Shown: positions 21,422 through 32,894, counted from the stretch's first letter. The stretch: 64,000 nucleotides of DNA from an uncultured Planctomycetota bacterium (GCA_963823665.1 CAWGMQ010000005.1:768001-832000), one strand, 5' to 3'. The notes: generated by a model not told the origin, from the sequence alone. Numbers and translations: made by a program.

Positions 21422-22897
21422 ATGACTCATCCGCCGTCTCAAGACCCTCTGGCGGCGAACTTCGCAGACCTGCAGGCAAAAGGCTCGCCGGCCCGCGCAT
21501 TCGATGCTTGGACGTGCGCGGCGATCGCACTCGTCGCGGCCGGACTGCGTTTCTATCGCCTCGGACAACACAGCTTCTGGTATGACGAGGTCGTTACGAT
21601 GCGGCTTGCCCGCTCGGCAAGTGTCGGCGAGCTCATCAACCGTCTGTTCGAGATCGATGCGACGCGTGCGCCTTTGCATCCCGTCTTGCTCCAGATCTGG
21701 CTCCGGCTCATCGGCACGTCGGAGTTCGCTGCTCGGTCGTTCTCCGTCCTGTGCGGAGTCGCCACCGTGGTGCTGATCTATCAGATTGGCCGCGCCGCCT
21801 ACGACTCGCGGGCCGGACTCTGGGCCGCCTGGCTCGCGGCCTTGAGCCCACTACTCATCGTCTATTCTCGTGAAGCTCGCATGTACGCCTGGCTTGTGCT
21901 CGTGACCTGTCTCTGCTGGCAACTGCTGCTGGCCTTGCGCCACTCGTTCACCACGGCCAAAGCGGCGGCGTACGTCTGCTGCCTGGCCACCCTGGTCTAT
22001 TCGCACCCACTCGGTCTCTTGATGCTGGCCGCGATCGCTTTCGCCGGGCTGGTGGACGCGAGAACAAGCCTGCGTGGCCTCATGCGCTTCGTTGCTCTCC
22101 ACCTCTTAGTGCTGATGCTGATCCTTCCGTGGCTCGGCAACTACTTCGATCATCCCCCCGAGTTCATGAGCGAGCGCCTGCCCCTTCGGTTCCTGCTGGG
22201 AACGCCCATCGCCTTCATCGGCGGCAACGGGCTGCTCCTGCTCGGGCTCACGGTATTGATCGCGCTTGGGATCATCAGCCGGGCCAGAGACTCCAGGGCG
22301 TCGAACAGCCAGGCCGCGCACATCTCGGCGATCTTGCTCTGCTGGCTGATTCTCCCGCCAGCGGCACTCTATCTCTACTCCTGGCAGTTTCACCCGGTAT
22401 TCGGCCCTGCCCGGTACACTGTGTTCGTTGCACCGGCGTATCTTGTGCTCGTGGCGTCGGGATTGAGCCGGCTGCCCGCATGGGCCCGTTATGCCGTCGC
22501 GGCCGGGCTCGCAGTTGCATCGATTCTTGCCATTCCTCCTACCGTTTATGACCCGGAGCTCAAGGCGGACTGGCGTGGTTTCTCGCTCGCGCTTGCCGAG
22601 CAGCGCTCTCGCGATCCAGCCGGCAAGCTCCTTGTCATCGTCGCGTCGAATGTGCCGGAGCGGAACGTGGAAGTCGAGACCGCCCGCTATTATCTGCCGG
22701 CCGGTTGCGACGTCATCGGGTCTCGGGAAGCCGGGGCCGCAAGCGAGAGTACCCGTCTGGCCACCGCGAATGTCGTGTATTATGCAACGAGCTCGCGAAG
22801 TTCGATGAAGCAAAACGTGCCGGATCCGATCGGTCCGATCCGATTCCACGAGTGCCAGCATTATCCCGGCTTGAACGTGTACCAGGGCACTCGCTGA
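21422..22897 (+). CDS. GT-C fold (ArnT/PMT-like) membrane glycosyltransferase
   Basis: SFWYDE, PL(H)P, SEFAARSFS and YSREARMY motifs; many TM segments. Confidence 0.85.
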   Translation: MTHPPSQDPLAANFADLQAKGSPARAFDAWTCAAIALVAAGLRFYRLGQHSFWYDEVVTMRLARSASVGELINRLFEIDATRAPLHPVLLQIWLRLIGTSEFAARSFSVLCGVATVVLIYQIGRAAYDSRAGLWAAWLAALSPLLIVYSREARMYAWLVLVTCLCWQLLLALRHSFTTAKAAAYVCCLATLVYSHPLGLLMLAAIAFAGLVDARTSLRGLMRFVALHLLVLMLILPWLGNYFDHPPEFMSERLPLRFLLGTPIAFIGGNGLLLLGLTVLIALGIISRARDSRASNSQAAHISAILLCWLILPPAALYLYSWQFHPVFGPARYTVFVAPAYLVLVASGLSRLPAWARYAVAAGLAVASILAIPPTVYDPELKADWRGFSLALAEQRSRDPAGKLLVIVASNVPERNVEVETARYYLPAGCDVIGSREAGAASESTRLATANVVYYATSSRSSMKQNVPDPIGPIRFHECQHYPGLNVYQGTR

Positions 22898-22900
22898 ATG

Positions 22901-24120
22901 TCACCGCGGTGCGGCGGCGGCTTTGACGGGCTCGAGCACCGGAAGCGCCAGCGCTTGAAGATCGTCGTTGAATGCAGACCGAGCCATCCCCAGCGCTCTC
23001 TCGGTTGCCGCACCGATCCGCAGGCTGCGGGTTTTCAATTCGTCCGGTATCGCCCCGAGCCCCAGACTCTCCACCACCTTGAAAGCCCCCTGAATCTGGG
23101 GATCGGTTTCAAGGCCCTTGCCGGCCTCCGCTCCCAGATCCTCGGGCCGGACCGTGGCGGCTCGCGATCCGAACGGCATCCATCGCTCCCCGGCTCGCAC
23201 CCAGAGTGTTGATTCGACCGTCACGTTGCTCATGTCGGGCGCGATCTGAAGCTTGGTGACGACCGCACCGGCCCTGCCTCTAGCGGCGATGGCCTTGAGC
23301 TTTGCGAGCAGAGGATCGGCCTGCTCGCCTTGATCGGGATCAAGCAGCCGCTTGATCTCGGACATCGCCGTCGAGAGCCCCGCACCGCCCGCCAGCCCTC
23401 CCGTGCCAGTGTCTGGCAGGACCGTGTCCTGAAAACGCAGGAACCGCAGGTCCGGGTCGACCGCAAGCTCGCTGGCCGCGCGCCTGGCCAGCCAGAGCTG
23501 CTCGGGCTCGGGCGACGGCGGCAAGAGCTGTTCGAGGGCAACCGCCTCTGATCGCCCGTTTGCGTCCAGCGAGTAGCCGCGCGCCTCGAGGGCATCCCTC
23601 AGTTCGTCCTGGGGCATGGTTTCTGGGTCCGGCAGCTTGCACAACCAGGCGAGCTGCAGCATCCTCTCGATTCCGGCCGGGTGCCGGTCCAGTCCCCGTA
23701 CCTCGCTGCGTGGCAGTCGTACGCTCAAGAGCACCGACTTCGGCGGAGCCCCACCGGATGTTCGCGCCAGCTCGCCATCGATCCACTTCAAGATACGATC
23801 GCTCGCCTCCACATGCGATGCTCGATCAAGCCGCCATGCCTGCAGCCTTTTCCGCCGCTGCTCCACTGCCTGTCGCACATTCGCTGCCGTCGAACGGTCC
23901 CAGCTCTGCGCGCGGACTTGAGGGCCTTCTCGGCCCACTCGCGGCGCACCAGAAATTCCACCGCTCCGCGTGGCCCTGGCGTCGTCGCGTTCACGACACC
24001 CAGCACGACCGACCCATCGCGCAACGTGATCCGATCTGCGGCTGACGACGGCGGGGAATCGCCGCACGACCATTCCAGACCAACCATCAACAAACCCAGC
24101 GCGAGCACGTTATTGTTCAT
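22901..24120 (-). CDS. Secreted hypothetical protein (frameshift near 23915)
   Basis: Signal-peptide N-terminus MNNNVLALGLL..DRITLRDGS joins the 22901..24073 frame. Confidence 0.6.
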
Positions 24121-24181
24121 CGCTCGTATCCCTCGCCGTTGCCGACGGTTAGACTGGAAACTGGCCAGCCCCAGCTCCGCC

Positions 24182-24210
24182 GTAGCAGGCACACTCCGTG
24201 TGCCGTCCGC
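24182..24210 (+). repeat. GTAG-type REP-like palindrome, copy 1
   Basis: GTAG-CA-GGCACAC-TCC-GTGTGCC-GTCCGC; a near-identical copy is at 41779-41807. Confidence 0.75.
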
Positions 24211-24324
24211 AGTAAACGACCGGTGGTTGCCACAGGTTTGGCCGGTATTGCATCGCCGATGGTACCACCGCCCCGAAATCGCGAAGAGTCATCAATATCA
24301 ATCATAGCGACTGACAGCTCTCTG

Positions 24325-24983
24325 ATGGAACCTACTCTGGTCGAGCCCCTCGGTGACTACGCGTTTCTGGCACATTTCGCCGGCGAGGCTCAGGCGCGTG
24401 CCTGGGCGGCCGCCGTTCGCGCGGTCCCGTGCCAGGGCATCCGCGACATCGTGCTCGCGTATCGATCGGTCGCCGTGTTCGCCAAGCCGGACGAGGCGGA
24501 TCTCCCTGCGCTGGAATCGCGGATCATGTCTCTCGACGTGCCCGCCGAGACCCTCTTCGCGGGACGCCGGCTGGTGATTCCCGTGTCTACGATGGAGCCG
24601 ACCTCGAGGTGGTCGCTGCCCGTCTCGGGCTCACCGGCGCCCAGGTCGTCGCGATTCACTCCTCGGTCGACTACGACGTCTTCGCGGTCGGATTCCGGCC
24701 TGGGTTTCCCTACTCAGGCTACCTCCCACCGGCTCTCTGCGGACTGCCTCGCCGCGATTCGCCGCGGCTTCGCGTGCCGGCCGGCTCCGTCGCCATCACC
24801 GGCCGCCAGACCGCGATCTACCCGGAATGTTCGCCCGGCGGATGGCACTTGCTCGGCACGACGCCACTTTGCATCGCCGACGTCGAAACCGGTTACTTCC
24901 CGATCCAGGCTGGTGACCGCATCCGGTTCCAACCGATCTCCGCCGCCGAATTCGAGGCCAGACGCCATGAGCGCCTCCAATGA
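24325..24983 (+). CDS. pxpB: 5-oxoprolinase subunit B (frameshift near 24587)
   Basis: PLGD, YDGADL, GFRPGFPY, VPAGSVAI and SPGGW motifs. Confidence 0.88.
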
Positions 24984-25714
24984 ACCACGACCGCAAGGCC
25001 CCCGCTCAATCGACATGAACGCCGACCTTGGTGAAGGCTTCTCGAACGACCGGGCATTGCTCGAGCTCGTCACGTCCGCGAGTATCTGCTGCGGCGCCCA
25101 TGCCGGCACTCCGCTCGCGATCCGGCAGACGCTTCGCGATGCGGCGGCCTGCGGTGTTTTGATCGGCGCACATCCCGGATATCCGGACCGGGACGGCTTC
25201 GGCCGCCGCGACCAGAAACTCAGTACAAACGAATTGATCACGCTCATCAGCGCCCAGATTGCGGATCTGATCACCCTCGCTGCCGAGCAAGACGCGACGG
25301 TCGCGTACTTGAAGCCGCACGGTGCCCTCTACAACCAGGCCCAGCGCGAGCCGCACGTCGCCCACGCCGTGGTCGAGGCCGTACGTGCACGTGGTTGGCC
25401 GCTCCTGGGCCAGCCTGGAAGCGTGCTCGAGACCATTGCTCGCGAACAGGGCGTCGTCTACATCGCGGAGGGTTTCCCCGACCGGCGTTACCGCGGCGAC
25501 GGCTCGCTCGTGCCCCGTAGCGAAGCAAACGGCGCTCCTGCATGAATCGCACGAGATCGAGGAGCAGGTCGTACGTTTGATCGAGGAAGGCCGAGTCGCG
25601 ACGCTTTGCGTTCACGGAGACGAGCCCGGCGCCGTCGCGACCGCTGCCCTCGTCCGTCATGTGTTGGCCGCTCACGGAATCACCGTGCGCTCATTCGGGA
25701 ACGGTTCGGGCTGA
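24967..25714 (+). CDS. pxpA: 5-oxoprolinase subunit A, LamB/YcsF family (frameshift near 25530)
   Basis: DMNADLGEG, GAHPGYPD, KPHGALYN and CVHGD motifs. Confidence 0.9.
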
Positions 25715-26652
25715 TGGGCTTGGTCGTCGTGAATCCGGGCGTGTGCACCACCGTTCAAGACCACGGGCGCCCGGGCTATGCCGCGTGGGGGGTCTCCGCC
25801 GGAGGCGCATTCGATCGCGTCTCGGCCGAGCTGGCCAATGCCCTGCTCGCGAATTCTCCCGATTGTGCCGTCCTGGAAATGACGCTCGTCGGCGGAACCT
25901 ACGAAGCAAAAGCCGAGCTGGCGTTGGCCCTGGCCGGTGCTCCGGTCCAGGCGAGAATTGTCCAGACAAACCAGGAGGCGCATCCGCTTCGCATTCCGGC
26001 GAGCTTCTCGCTTGCACATGGTGAACGGCTCGTCCTGGGTCATACGATCTCGGGCGCTCGAACGTACCTCGCCGTGAAGGCGGGCTGGTGCACACCTCCG
26101 ATTCTCGGCAGCCGCTCGTCCGAAGTGCCGACGCGAGCGGGCGAGCATCTGCCGGCCGCGGCCGCAAGCGTTCTTTCTCGTCACCTGGATGATGCGCCGT
26201 GGCAAGCTCCTGCCGATCGACCATTCCGGATCGTCGCAGGTCCAGACGCGCGCTCAAATCCCGACTTGAACAGCGCATTCTGGGCAAGCCGGCAATTTCG
26301 CGTCGGCCCAAGCCACGACCGAACCGGCCTGCGTCTCGAGGGCGAGCCGATCACCATCTTCTCCGATCCCGAGCGACTCTCAGCCCCTGTCTTGCCAGGT
26401 GCGCTCCAGGTCGCCGGCGGTCAACTGATTGTGCTGGGCATCGCATGCGGGACCATGGGCGGCTACCCACACGTCGCCCAGATCATCTCCGCCGATCGGG
26501 ACCGCCTCGGCCAGCTCAAATCGGGCGATATGATCCAGTTCGAGTGCGTGACCATCGAAACCGCTCGAAGCCTGTACCGAGCAGCGCGAGACGCCCACCG
26601 CTCGCTTATCCTCCGCGTGGCAACGATGGCAGAGGATGGTTCGAAACGTTGA
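25714..26652 (+). CDS. pxpC: 5-oxoprolinase subunit C
   Basis: TTVQDHGRPG, GARTYLAV, DRTGLRL and TMGGYP motifs. Confidence 0.88.
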   Translation: MGLVVVNPGVCTTVQDHGRPGYAAWGVSAGGAFDRVSAELANALLANSPDCAVLEMTLVGGTYEAKAELALALAGAPVQARIVQTNQEAHPLRIPASFSLAHGERLVLGHTISGARTYLAVKAGWCTPPILGSRSSEVPTRAGEHLPAAAASVLSRHLDDAPWQAPADRPFRIVAGPDARSNPDLNSAFWASRQFRVGPSHDRTGLRLEGEPITIFSDPERLSAPVLPGALQVAGGQLIVLGIACGTMGGYPHVAQIISADRDRLGQLKSGDMIQFECVTIETARSLYRAARDAHRSLILRVATMAEDGSKR

Positions 26653-26679
26653 TTGGTCACTCGACGAACATCCCGTGAA

Positions 26680-26844
26680 TCGTTTCGAGCACTCGCCTCA
26701 CGCCCAATCGCCGCCGGCAGCGGGCGTGTAGAAAAACTTTTGCGAGACCCCATTTTCTGCGTCACGTGCGACACAGCCTTGCTACGCTTGGACTTACGTG
26801 TGACGCAGCCGAAATCAGGGCGCACGAATCCAACGCAACTCGAT
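26680..26844 (-). repeat. Dispersed intergenic element, copy 2
   Basis: Reverse complement aligns with 3229-3390; internal stem 26757-26765/26800-26808. Confidence 0.85.
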
Positions 26845-27274
26845 GGTGGCCCTCCCGTTACGTGTGACGTATAAACGAGCGCTGTTTCCACCGCGCAAGC
26901 CTCGAAGAATCACTCAAAGATCACAAAACGCTTAATTGGTGATGAATCGTGCATGTTGCGACCGGAAGAACCGAGCGCAGGCGAGTGATCCATCGTCGTT
27001 CACGGCCAGCAACAGGATAGCCGCACGTTGCACAACGATGGATGACTACACCACTTTCTTTACCAGGCTCGAACACGGGCAACATCATAAGGCCTCCGGC
27101 GCGAGCCGCAGGACTTCCGAGGCCCTTGAGGCGTGTCACAAAATGTTGCTGGATGTCACAGATTCAAATTGCTTGCCGTGTTGAACCTCGTCCGATGGCT
27201 GGCCAGCACGCCGCGCACCCGTCCGGACGGCCTACACCGATAGCGCGTCTACGCACAGGAGTCTTGGCCGATGG

Positions 27275-28359
27275 TCAGCGTTGTTTTCTCCGGAAGCTTC
27301 GAGCGATCGCCTTGAATTCAGGCATGAAGTCGTCGCGAAGCTCCGCCCCGACGTGCCCCTGCATGAGGATATACGACTCGTCATCGAACAGCACCACCTG
27401 GTAGAGGACGAGAGGCGTTCCTGACAAGGCTTCGTCCGCCTCGGCAAGCGACTCGAAACCATCGAGGCCATCAACGGTAATCGCGTCGCTTGACTTGACT
27501 TTGACTTGTTTCGTGTGCACGGTCCCGATTACACGCTGCTCGGCAAACTTCCGCCGGTCTCCGACGATCACTTCACCAAGCGAGGAAGTCGCAATGAACA
27601 AGGGATCTCCCGGCGACTTGATCATGAAGACTCCGTCTTTGGTATAAGCGAGTGTCCTGTTGATTCCCGGAGAGAGCTTGAGCTTCGGCGTCGCGGCCAG
27701 GGTGAATGGTAGATACGCCCCGGGGTCAGGAGGAGGGGCTCGGTCCGGTCGAAGGCTGAGCACGGCGGATTTCAACTTTGCAGACAGCTCCCGCTCCTGC
27801 GCCTTCGGAAAGGCTGCCGTCACCATCGTCGTTTTCTCGCCGTCGCCGAAAACGAACGACCATTTGAGGAACAACTCCTCTCCCGCGGGTTGCTCGAAGT
27901 GGACGAGGATTCCCGCCAGACCGTTGACCTTCACATCATCTCGGCTTTGCAGCACCCAGCCTCTCGTCTTCATTTGCTCTTTCGTAAAGCCGGCGGTGAC
28001 CTGTGAATACGGCGCTGGAAGACTGATCGCCATGATCGACGACTGTGTTTCCGGCTCTCCAAAGCCGTCGAAGTTGTCAGCCTTTTCAAAGCCTTCGGGT
28101 TGCCGGATCTCGATCCCACAGGCCGGGAAACTGACATAATTGCCAAGGCCGCTCTTTTCTCCGCCGGCGTCGGAAGACCGCACGTCGGCCGGCCGGCGGG
28201 CGGCAGTGGCTATGGCGGGCGGTGCAGCGGCCGTGGAATCGGCTGGCGGCGGAGCGACCGCGGCTTTGGCTGGCGGTGATGCAACCGGTTGGTCAGGAGC
28301 CTTGCTCTCCCCGCCACAACCGCAGAGCGAGTTCGCGATCACGAACATGAGAATGACAT
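27275..28359 (-). CDS. Hypothetical lipoprotein (start uncertain)
   Basis: Hydrophobic leader with LCGC, Ala/Pro linker and two similar globular halves. Confidence 0.65.
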
Positions 28360-28534
28360 GACGTTTCACCCGCGCGCTCCTTTGTCTCGATAGGCCGCAG
28401 AACGAATCGGCGGCACGTGCGGATCCAAGCAAGCCTATCCCAGCAGAGATGGCGTGGCGTGTCTAGAAGCCTCCGACGCGACGACTTCCGCAAGCCGTCG
28501 CGGAGGCGGCCCGAGGCTCACCCTCGCTCGGGCT

Positions 28535-28651
28535 CACTGCGGGTCGAGCCCCGAGCTGGACAACACCCGCGACCCGGTCCGGCTCGACTGGCTGCCGGTG
28601 ACGAAGGTTGAACACTACAAGGTCAAGCCGAGTGCCGTACGCGGCGCCTGG
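28535..28651 (+). pseudogene. Remnant C-terminal tip of the SNF2 helicase/DUF3883 gene of a DUF499-DUF1156 system
   Basis: HCGSSPELDNTRDPVRLDWLPVTKVEHYKV resembles, from memory, the C..P.L...DP.RL.W..V.KVEHY terminus of these helicases. Supported by context. Confidence 0.6.
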
Positions 28652-28877
28652 ACCGCCTCGACAGTGTTCTCACCTGAGAGCCGTGCTTCCCGTTATAATG
28701 AGGACCGAGGAAAACCACCCGACGGCGCTCATCACGGCCGAGGTTCCCCAGCAGACGGCGCTTCCATTCGCGAGCTCGGATGATCGGTTTCGGAAGTCGC
28801 CCGATGGTCCGCCCCAGCGGCGAGATCGGCGCCTTCGACATTGTCCAAGCGCCCCGTCTCAAGGTTAAGGTCCCTAA

Positions 28878-30188
28878 ATGCTCAAGCGCATCGAGATCAA
28901 AGGGTACAAATCGCTTGTTGATGTCAAGGTCGACCTCGAGCCTCTCGTCGTGCTCTTCGGTCCCAACGGTGCGGGTAAAAGCAATTTCCTGGATGCACTC
29001 CAGCTCTTGTCGCGTTTGGCGACCAGCTCAACCTTGGTGGCGGCGTTTGAACCGCCGTATCGCGGCAAAGCCTTGGAATCATTCTCCTTCAATCAGGAGG
29101 GTATCCCGGGCCTGCTAAAACGAGAATCAGCGCGATTCTCGATTCAAGCGGACATCCAGCTTTCACCGGCCATCGTCAAGGTGGTCCAACATCAGATCGG
29201 TGAGATGAAGCGTCCCGCCGAGGAAAAGACGGCCGAGAGCGCGGCACCCAACGGCCACTCGTATATCCGAGAGACATTTTTGCGTTACCGCGTCGAAATC
29301 GAAATCCTTCCCGGATCCGGCATTCTGCGAGTGACTGACGAATATGTTGCCGCGCTCACTGATGCAGGGTTTCCAAATGCCAAGAGGCGGCCTTTCCTGG
29401 AGCGAATGAAAAACCGTCTCCACCTTCGAATGGAAGGCCAGGCGCACCCAATCTACTACGACCGCTATCTCGACCACACTGTCCTCTCGCGCCCTCTTTA
29501 CACGCCCCATTATCCCCACCTGGTTGCGTTGCGCCACGAACTGGCGAGCTGGCTTTCATTCTACTTCGAGCCGCGCGAGCGGATGCGCACACCGAATCCC
29601 GTCAAGGAGGTGCGCCACATTGGCGCGATGGGCGAGGAGCTCGCCGCGTTTCTGAACACCCTCCGCGCCCGCGACGAGCCCCGGTTCCGGGCCGTCGAGC
29701 ACGCCCTGCACATGCTCATCCCGTCAATCACCGGCATCCAGGTCGACGTGAACACCCTCGGCGAAGTCGAGCTCCGGCTGCGCGAAGACAAAACGCTGAT
29801 CCCCGCGCGAGTCGTCTCGGAAGGAACCTTGCGCATGCTCGGACTGCTCGCGCTCGCTGGGGCAAAGGAACCGCCGGCACTGGTCGGATTTGAAGAGCCT
29901 GAAAACGGCATTCACCCACGGCGTCTTCAGCTCATCGCCGAGCTGCTGCACACGAGGGCGGCGGTCGAGGACACGCAGATGATCGTCACCACGCTTTCGC
30001 CGCTGCTCGTTGACCTTATCCCCAACGAGTTCTTGTACGTCTGCCGCAGGAGCGACGGACAAACAACGATCGCTCCGTTCACATCTGTGCCGCTCTGGCG
30101 TGACGGGGAGATCTCGCGCGGCCTCAATGACGACGACGAGCCGATGACCGTCTCCGAAGGAATCCTCCGCGGGGATCTCGATGCATAG
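28878..30188 (+). CDS. ABC/AAA_21-type ATPase of defence-associated two-gene modules
   Basis: GPNGAGKSN Walker A, SEGTLR signature and FEEPENGIHP Walker B/D-loop. The H-loop reads TTLSP. Confidence 0.88.
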   Translation: MLKRIEIKGYKSLVDVKVDLEPLVVLFGPNGAGKSNFLDALQLLSRLATSSTLVAAFEPPYRGKALESFSFNQEGIPGLLKRESARFSIQADIQLSPAIVKVVQHQIGEMKRPAEEKTAESAAPNGHSYIRETFLRYRVEIEILPGSGILRVTDEYVAALTDAGFPNAKRRPFLERMKNRLHLRMEGQAHPIYYDRYLDHTVLSRPLYTPHYPHLVALRHELASWLSFYFEPRERMRTPNPVKEVRHIGAMGEELAAFLNTLRARDEPRFRAVEHALHMLIPSITGIQVDVNTLGEVELRLREDKTLIPARVVSEGTLRMLGLLALAGAKEPPALVGFEEPENGIHPRRLQLIAELLHTRAAVEDTQMIVTTLSPLLVDLIPNEFLYVCRRSDGQTTIAPFTSVPLWRDGEISRGLNDDDEPMTVSEGILRGDLDA

Positions 30189-30576
30189 AATTGCGCTCTT
30201 CGCCGAGGATGTCGCGCATGACGCATTCCTCACGGCCGTCGTCCGGCGTTACGCCGCCGAGCGCAAGATCGAGGCCGAGGTTCGACTCTATAGCGTGCGT
30301 GGTGGCTGCACGAGAGCGGTGAAAGAGCTGAAGCAGTTCGTTCGGGACCTCGAGCATGGTAGAATTGCGCTCCCTGACCTGCTGGCCGTCGGTCGTGATG
30401 CGAATCGTCCGCTTCCCGAAGCCGTGCGTGACGCCGGTGCAACGCCTCTTTCCGGCGGCATTGAGCACGCCGAAGCGCTGGTAAGCGCCATGTATAAGGT
30501 GAAGCCGAGCGCGGTATTGCGAGCGCGACGAAATGATCGGACGTTGACGTCAGGGAACTTAAGCGCGCCAAAGTAG
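30181..30576 (+). pseudogene. DUF4276/TOPRIM-like ATPase partner, apparently internally deleted and fused to a helicase tip
   Basis: LFAED N-terminus, RGG, DAN and GGIEHAE motifs. Short at 131 aa; ends in YKVKPSAV, shared with 28616-28639. Confidence 0.55.
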
Positions 30577-30592
30577 TGACACGGGTGTCTCG

Positions 30593-32017
30593 ATGGGAAA
30601 ACATATCCATGAAATCAGAGATCCGATCCACGTCTTCATCCGGCTCGAGTCGCTGGAGCGAGAGGTCTTGAATTCGAGGCCGGTCCAGCGGCTACGGCAC
30701 ATTCATCAATTGGCCCTTACTCACTTGTTGTATCCCGGTGCAACTCACCGCAGATTCGAGCACTCGCTCGGCGTGATGGAATTGGCCGGTCGCGTTTACG
30801 ACATCGTTACCAATCCCGACAACATCCGGGCCGCGGACGTGCGCGACATCGTTCCTCATCAAACGACGATGGAGTACGGTTACTGGCGCCGCGTCGTCCG
30901 CATGGCCGCGCTTTGCCACGACATCGGTCATCTGCCGTTCTCTCACGCAGCCGAACGGGAGTTGCTTCCCGAGGGATGGGACCACGAGCGCCTGAGCGCC
31001 GAACTAATTCTCGACGGCGAACTCAAGCAGAAATGGACGGCGCTGAAAATCAACCCGGATCACGTTGCAAAGATCGCAGTCGGACCAAAGCATTTTGGGG
31101 GAGAACCGTTCACGGACTGGGAATCGATCCTGTCTGAGATTATCACGGGCAACGCCTTCGGCGTTGATCGCATGGATTACCTCCTGCGCGACTCCCTTCA
31201 TTCTGGGGTCGCATACGGACGGTTCGATCACTTCCGCCTCATTGACACGCTTCGAATTCTCCCGTGCCGCGTGGCGGATCGGGAAGAGAGCCCGCAGACT
31301 GCCAGTCAAGCCGCGGACAACGCCTCGCACGACGCCCAGAGCCGTCGAGTACTGCGCGAGGATGCCCAAGAACTCAGCGACCCCTCCACGGAACGCGTTG
31401 TGCCGGTGCTGGGCATCGAGGAAGGCGGTCTCCATTCCGCAGAGGCCCTCCTGCTCGCCCGGTACTTCATGTACACCCAGCTTTATTTCCATCCCGTCCG
31501 GCGCATCTACGACATCCATTTGAAGACCTTCCTCAAGCAATGGCTCGGGGAAGGCCGCTTCTCGACAAGTCTGTCCGATCATCTGAATTTGACCGACAAC
31601 GAAGTGATGGCCGCAGTTTTGGATGCCGCCCGAAATGAGTCCCTTCCCGGGCACGACCCCGCCCGGCGAATTGTGCATCGTGAGCATTTCCGCACGCTCT
31701 ATCAGCGTAACCCGGCCGATGTTGCCGAGAACCCGGACGCGGCTAAGGCGATCTACGAAGCCGCCGCTTGCAAATTTCCTCAGGGAAGTGTACACTTGGA
31801 TAGTTATAAAGAGAGAAACCGCGCTCTCGATTTCCCCGTCCTGATGCGCGACGAAAGGATCGTCTCTTGCTTGGAACTCTCGGACACGCTAAAAAACGTT
31901 CCAATTGTCGCCGTCGATTATGTTTACATTGCGCCACATCTCCGCTCGCAGGCTGAGACTTGGCTGCAATCCAACCGAACGGCGATTATCGCCCCTAAAA
32001 CCGAGGTCCGGCCATGA
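30593..32017 (+). CDS. HD-domain phosphohydrolase, SAMHD1/YwfO-like dNTPase family
   Basis: RDPIH, QRLRHIHQL, RFEHSLG, HDIGHLPFSH, DRMDYLLRD and YFH motifs. Confidence 0.9.
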   Translation: MGKHIHEIRDPIHVFIRLESLEREVLNSRPVQRLRHIHQLALTHLLYPGATHRRFEHSLGVMELAGRVYDIVTNPDNIRAADVRDIVPHQTTMEYGYWRRVVRMAALCHDIGHLPFSHAAERELLPEGWDHERLSAELILDGELKQKWTALKINPDHVAKIAVGPKHFGGEPFTDWESILSEIITGNAFGVDRMDYLLRDSLHSGVAYGRFDHFRLIDTLRILPCRVADREESPQTASQAADNASHDAQSRRVLREDAQELSDPSTERVVPVLGIEEGGLHSAEALLLARYFMYTQLYFHPVRRIYDIHLKTFLKQWLGEGRFSTSLSDHLNLTDNEVMAAVLDAARNESLPGHDPARRIVHREHFRTLYQRNPADVAENPDAAKAIYEAAACKFPQGSVHLDSYKERNRALDFPVLMRDERIVSCLELSDTLKNVPIVAVDYVYIAPHLRSQAETWLQSNRTAIIAPKTEVRP

Positions 32018-32559
32018 ACCGCTTACAACGCGCCGCCGTGCTCTTGACGCTGCTCGACGCGCTGAAGAATCGCGGAAGCTGGTGCGGCGAAACCCATCTT
32101 CAGAAAGCAGTCTATTTCCTCGAAGAGATGTGCGGCGTCCCCCTTGGTTTCTCTTACATCCTGTACCGTCACGGTCCTTATTCATTTGAGTTCAGCGACG
32201 AGATCACTGCACTTCGAGCCGATCTTCTTCTTGATTTGCAGCTCAGGCCGCCGTACGGCCCCACCATCGTACTTGGCCAGAACGCGCAACAACTCCTCGC
32301 GAATTACCCGACGACGATCCGGTTCTATGAGCCACAGATTACGTTCGTCGCGGAACGCCTTGGAAGGAGCATAGTCATCGATCTGGAGCGATTGGCGACG
32401 GCGCTTTACGTCACACGGGAATCATCGCCCCCGGCCGATGATGAACGGAGAGCCGCGAGACTGCACGAGGTCAAGCCCCACATCTCGATCGCAGACGCAA
32501 AGCTGGCGATTCGCCAAATTGACGCGATGTTGTCCGCGGCTCCCGTAGCGATCTCATGA
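32014..32559 (+). CDS. YwgA-like winged-helix protein coupled to the HD gene
   Basis: [22 protein letters not shown] and LERLAT motifs; ATGA overlap with the HD gene. Confidence 0.7.
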   Translation: MNRLQRAAVLLTLLDALKNRGSWCGETHLQKAVYFLEEMCGVPLGFSYILYRHGPYSFEFSDEITALRADLLLDLQLRPPYGPTIVLGQNAQQLLANYPTTIRFYEPQITFVAERLGRSIVIDLERLATALYVTRESSPPADDERRAARLHEVKPHISIADAKLAIRQIDAMLSAAPVAIS

Positions 32560-32894
32560 ACACTCCGTCTCCGAAGCGGCTAATCGAAGTCGATCTCCCC
32601 ATCGCCCGTATCTCGGCCCACGCCCGCCGCGAGAAGTCGATCCGGCACGGGCATATCTCGACGCTTCACATCTGGTGGGCCCGGCGTCCGCTGGCGGCGT
32701 GCCGCGCGGTCATTTGCGCCGCCCTCTGGCCCGACCCGGCAGACCCGCTCTGTCCGGAATCTTTCCGCGAAACGGCGCGAGGGCTGATGCGATCGTGGGC
32801 GGCCGATCACGGCAAGCTCCAGGGGTCCGAGAGCTTTCAGCGGCTCCGCCAGGCCAAACAGTTTTCGATGCTGATGGACGACAACCACCGTTAG
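32556..32894 (+). pseudogene. DUF1156 adenine methyltransferase, N-terminal fragment
   Basis: [10 protein letters not shown]...[27 protein letters not shown]. Family-like sequence ends at about 32845. Confidence 0.88.
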
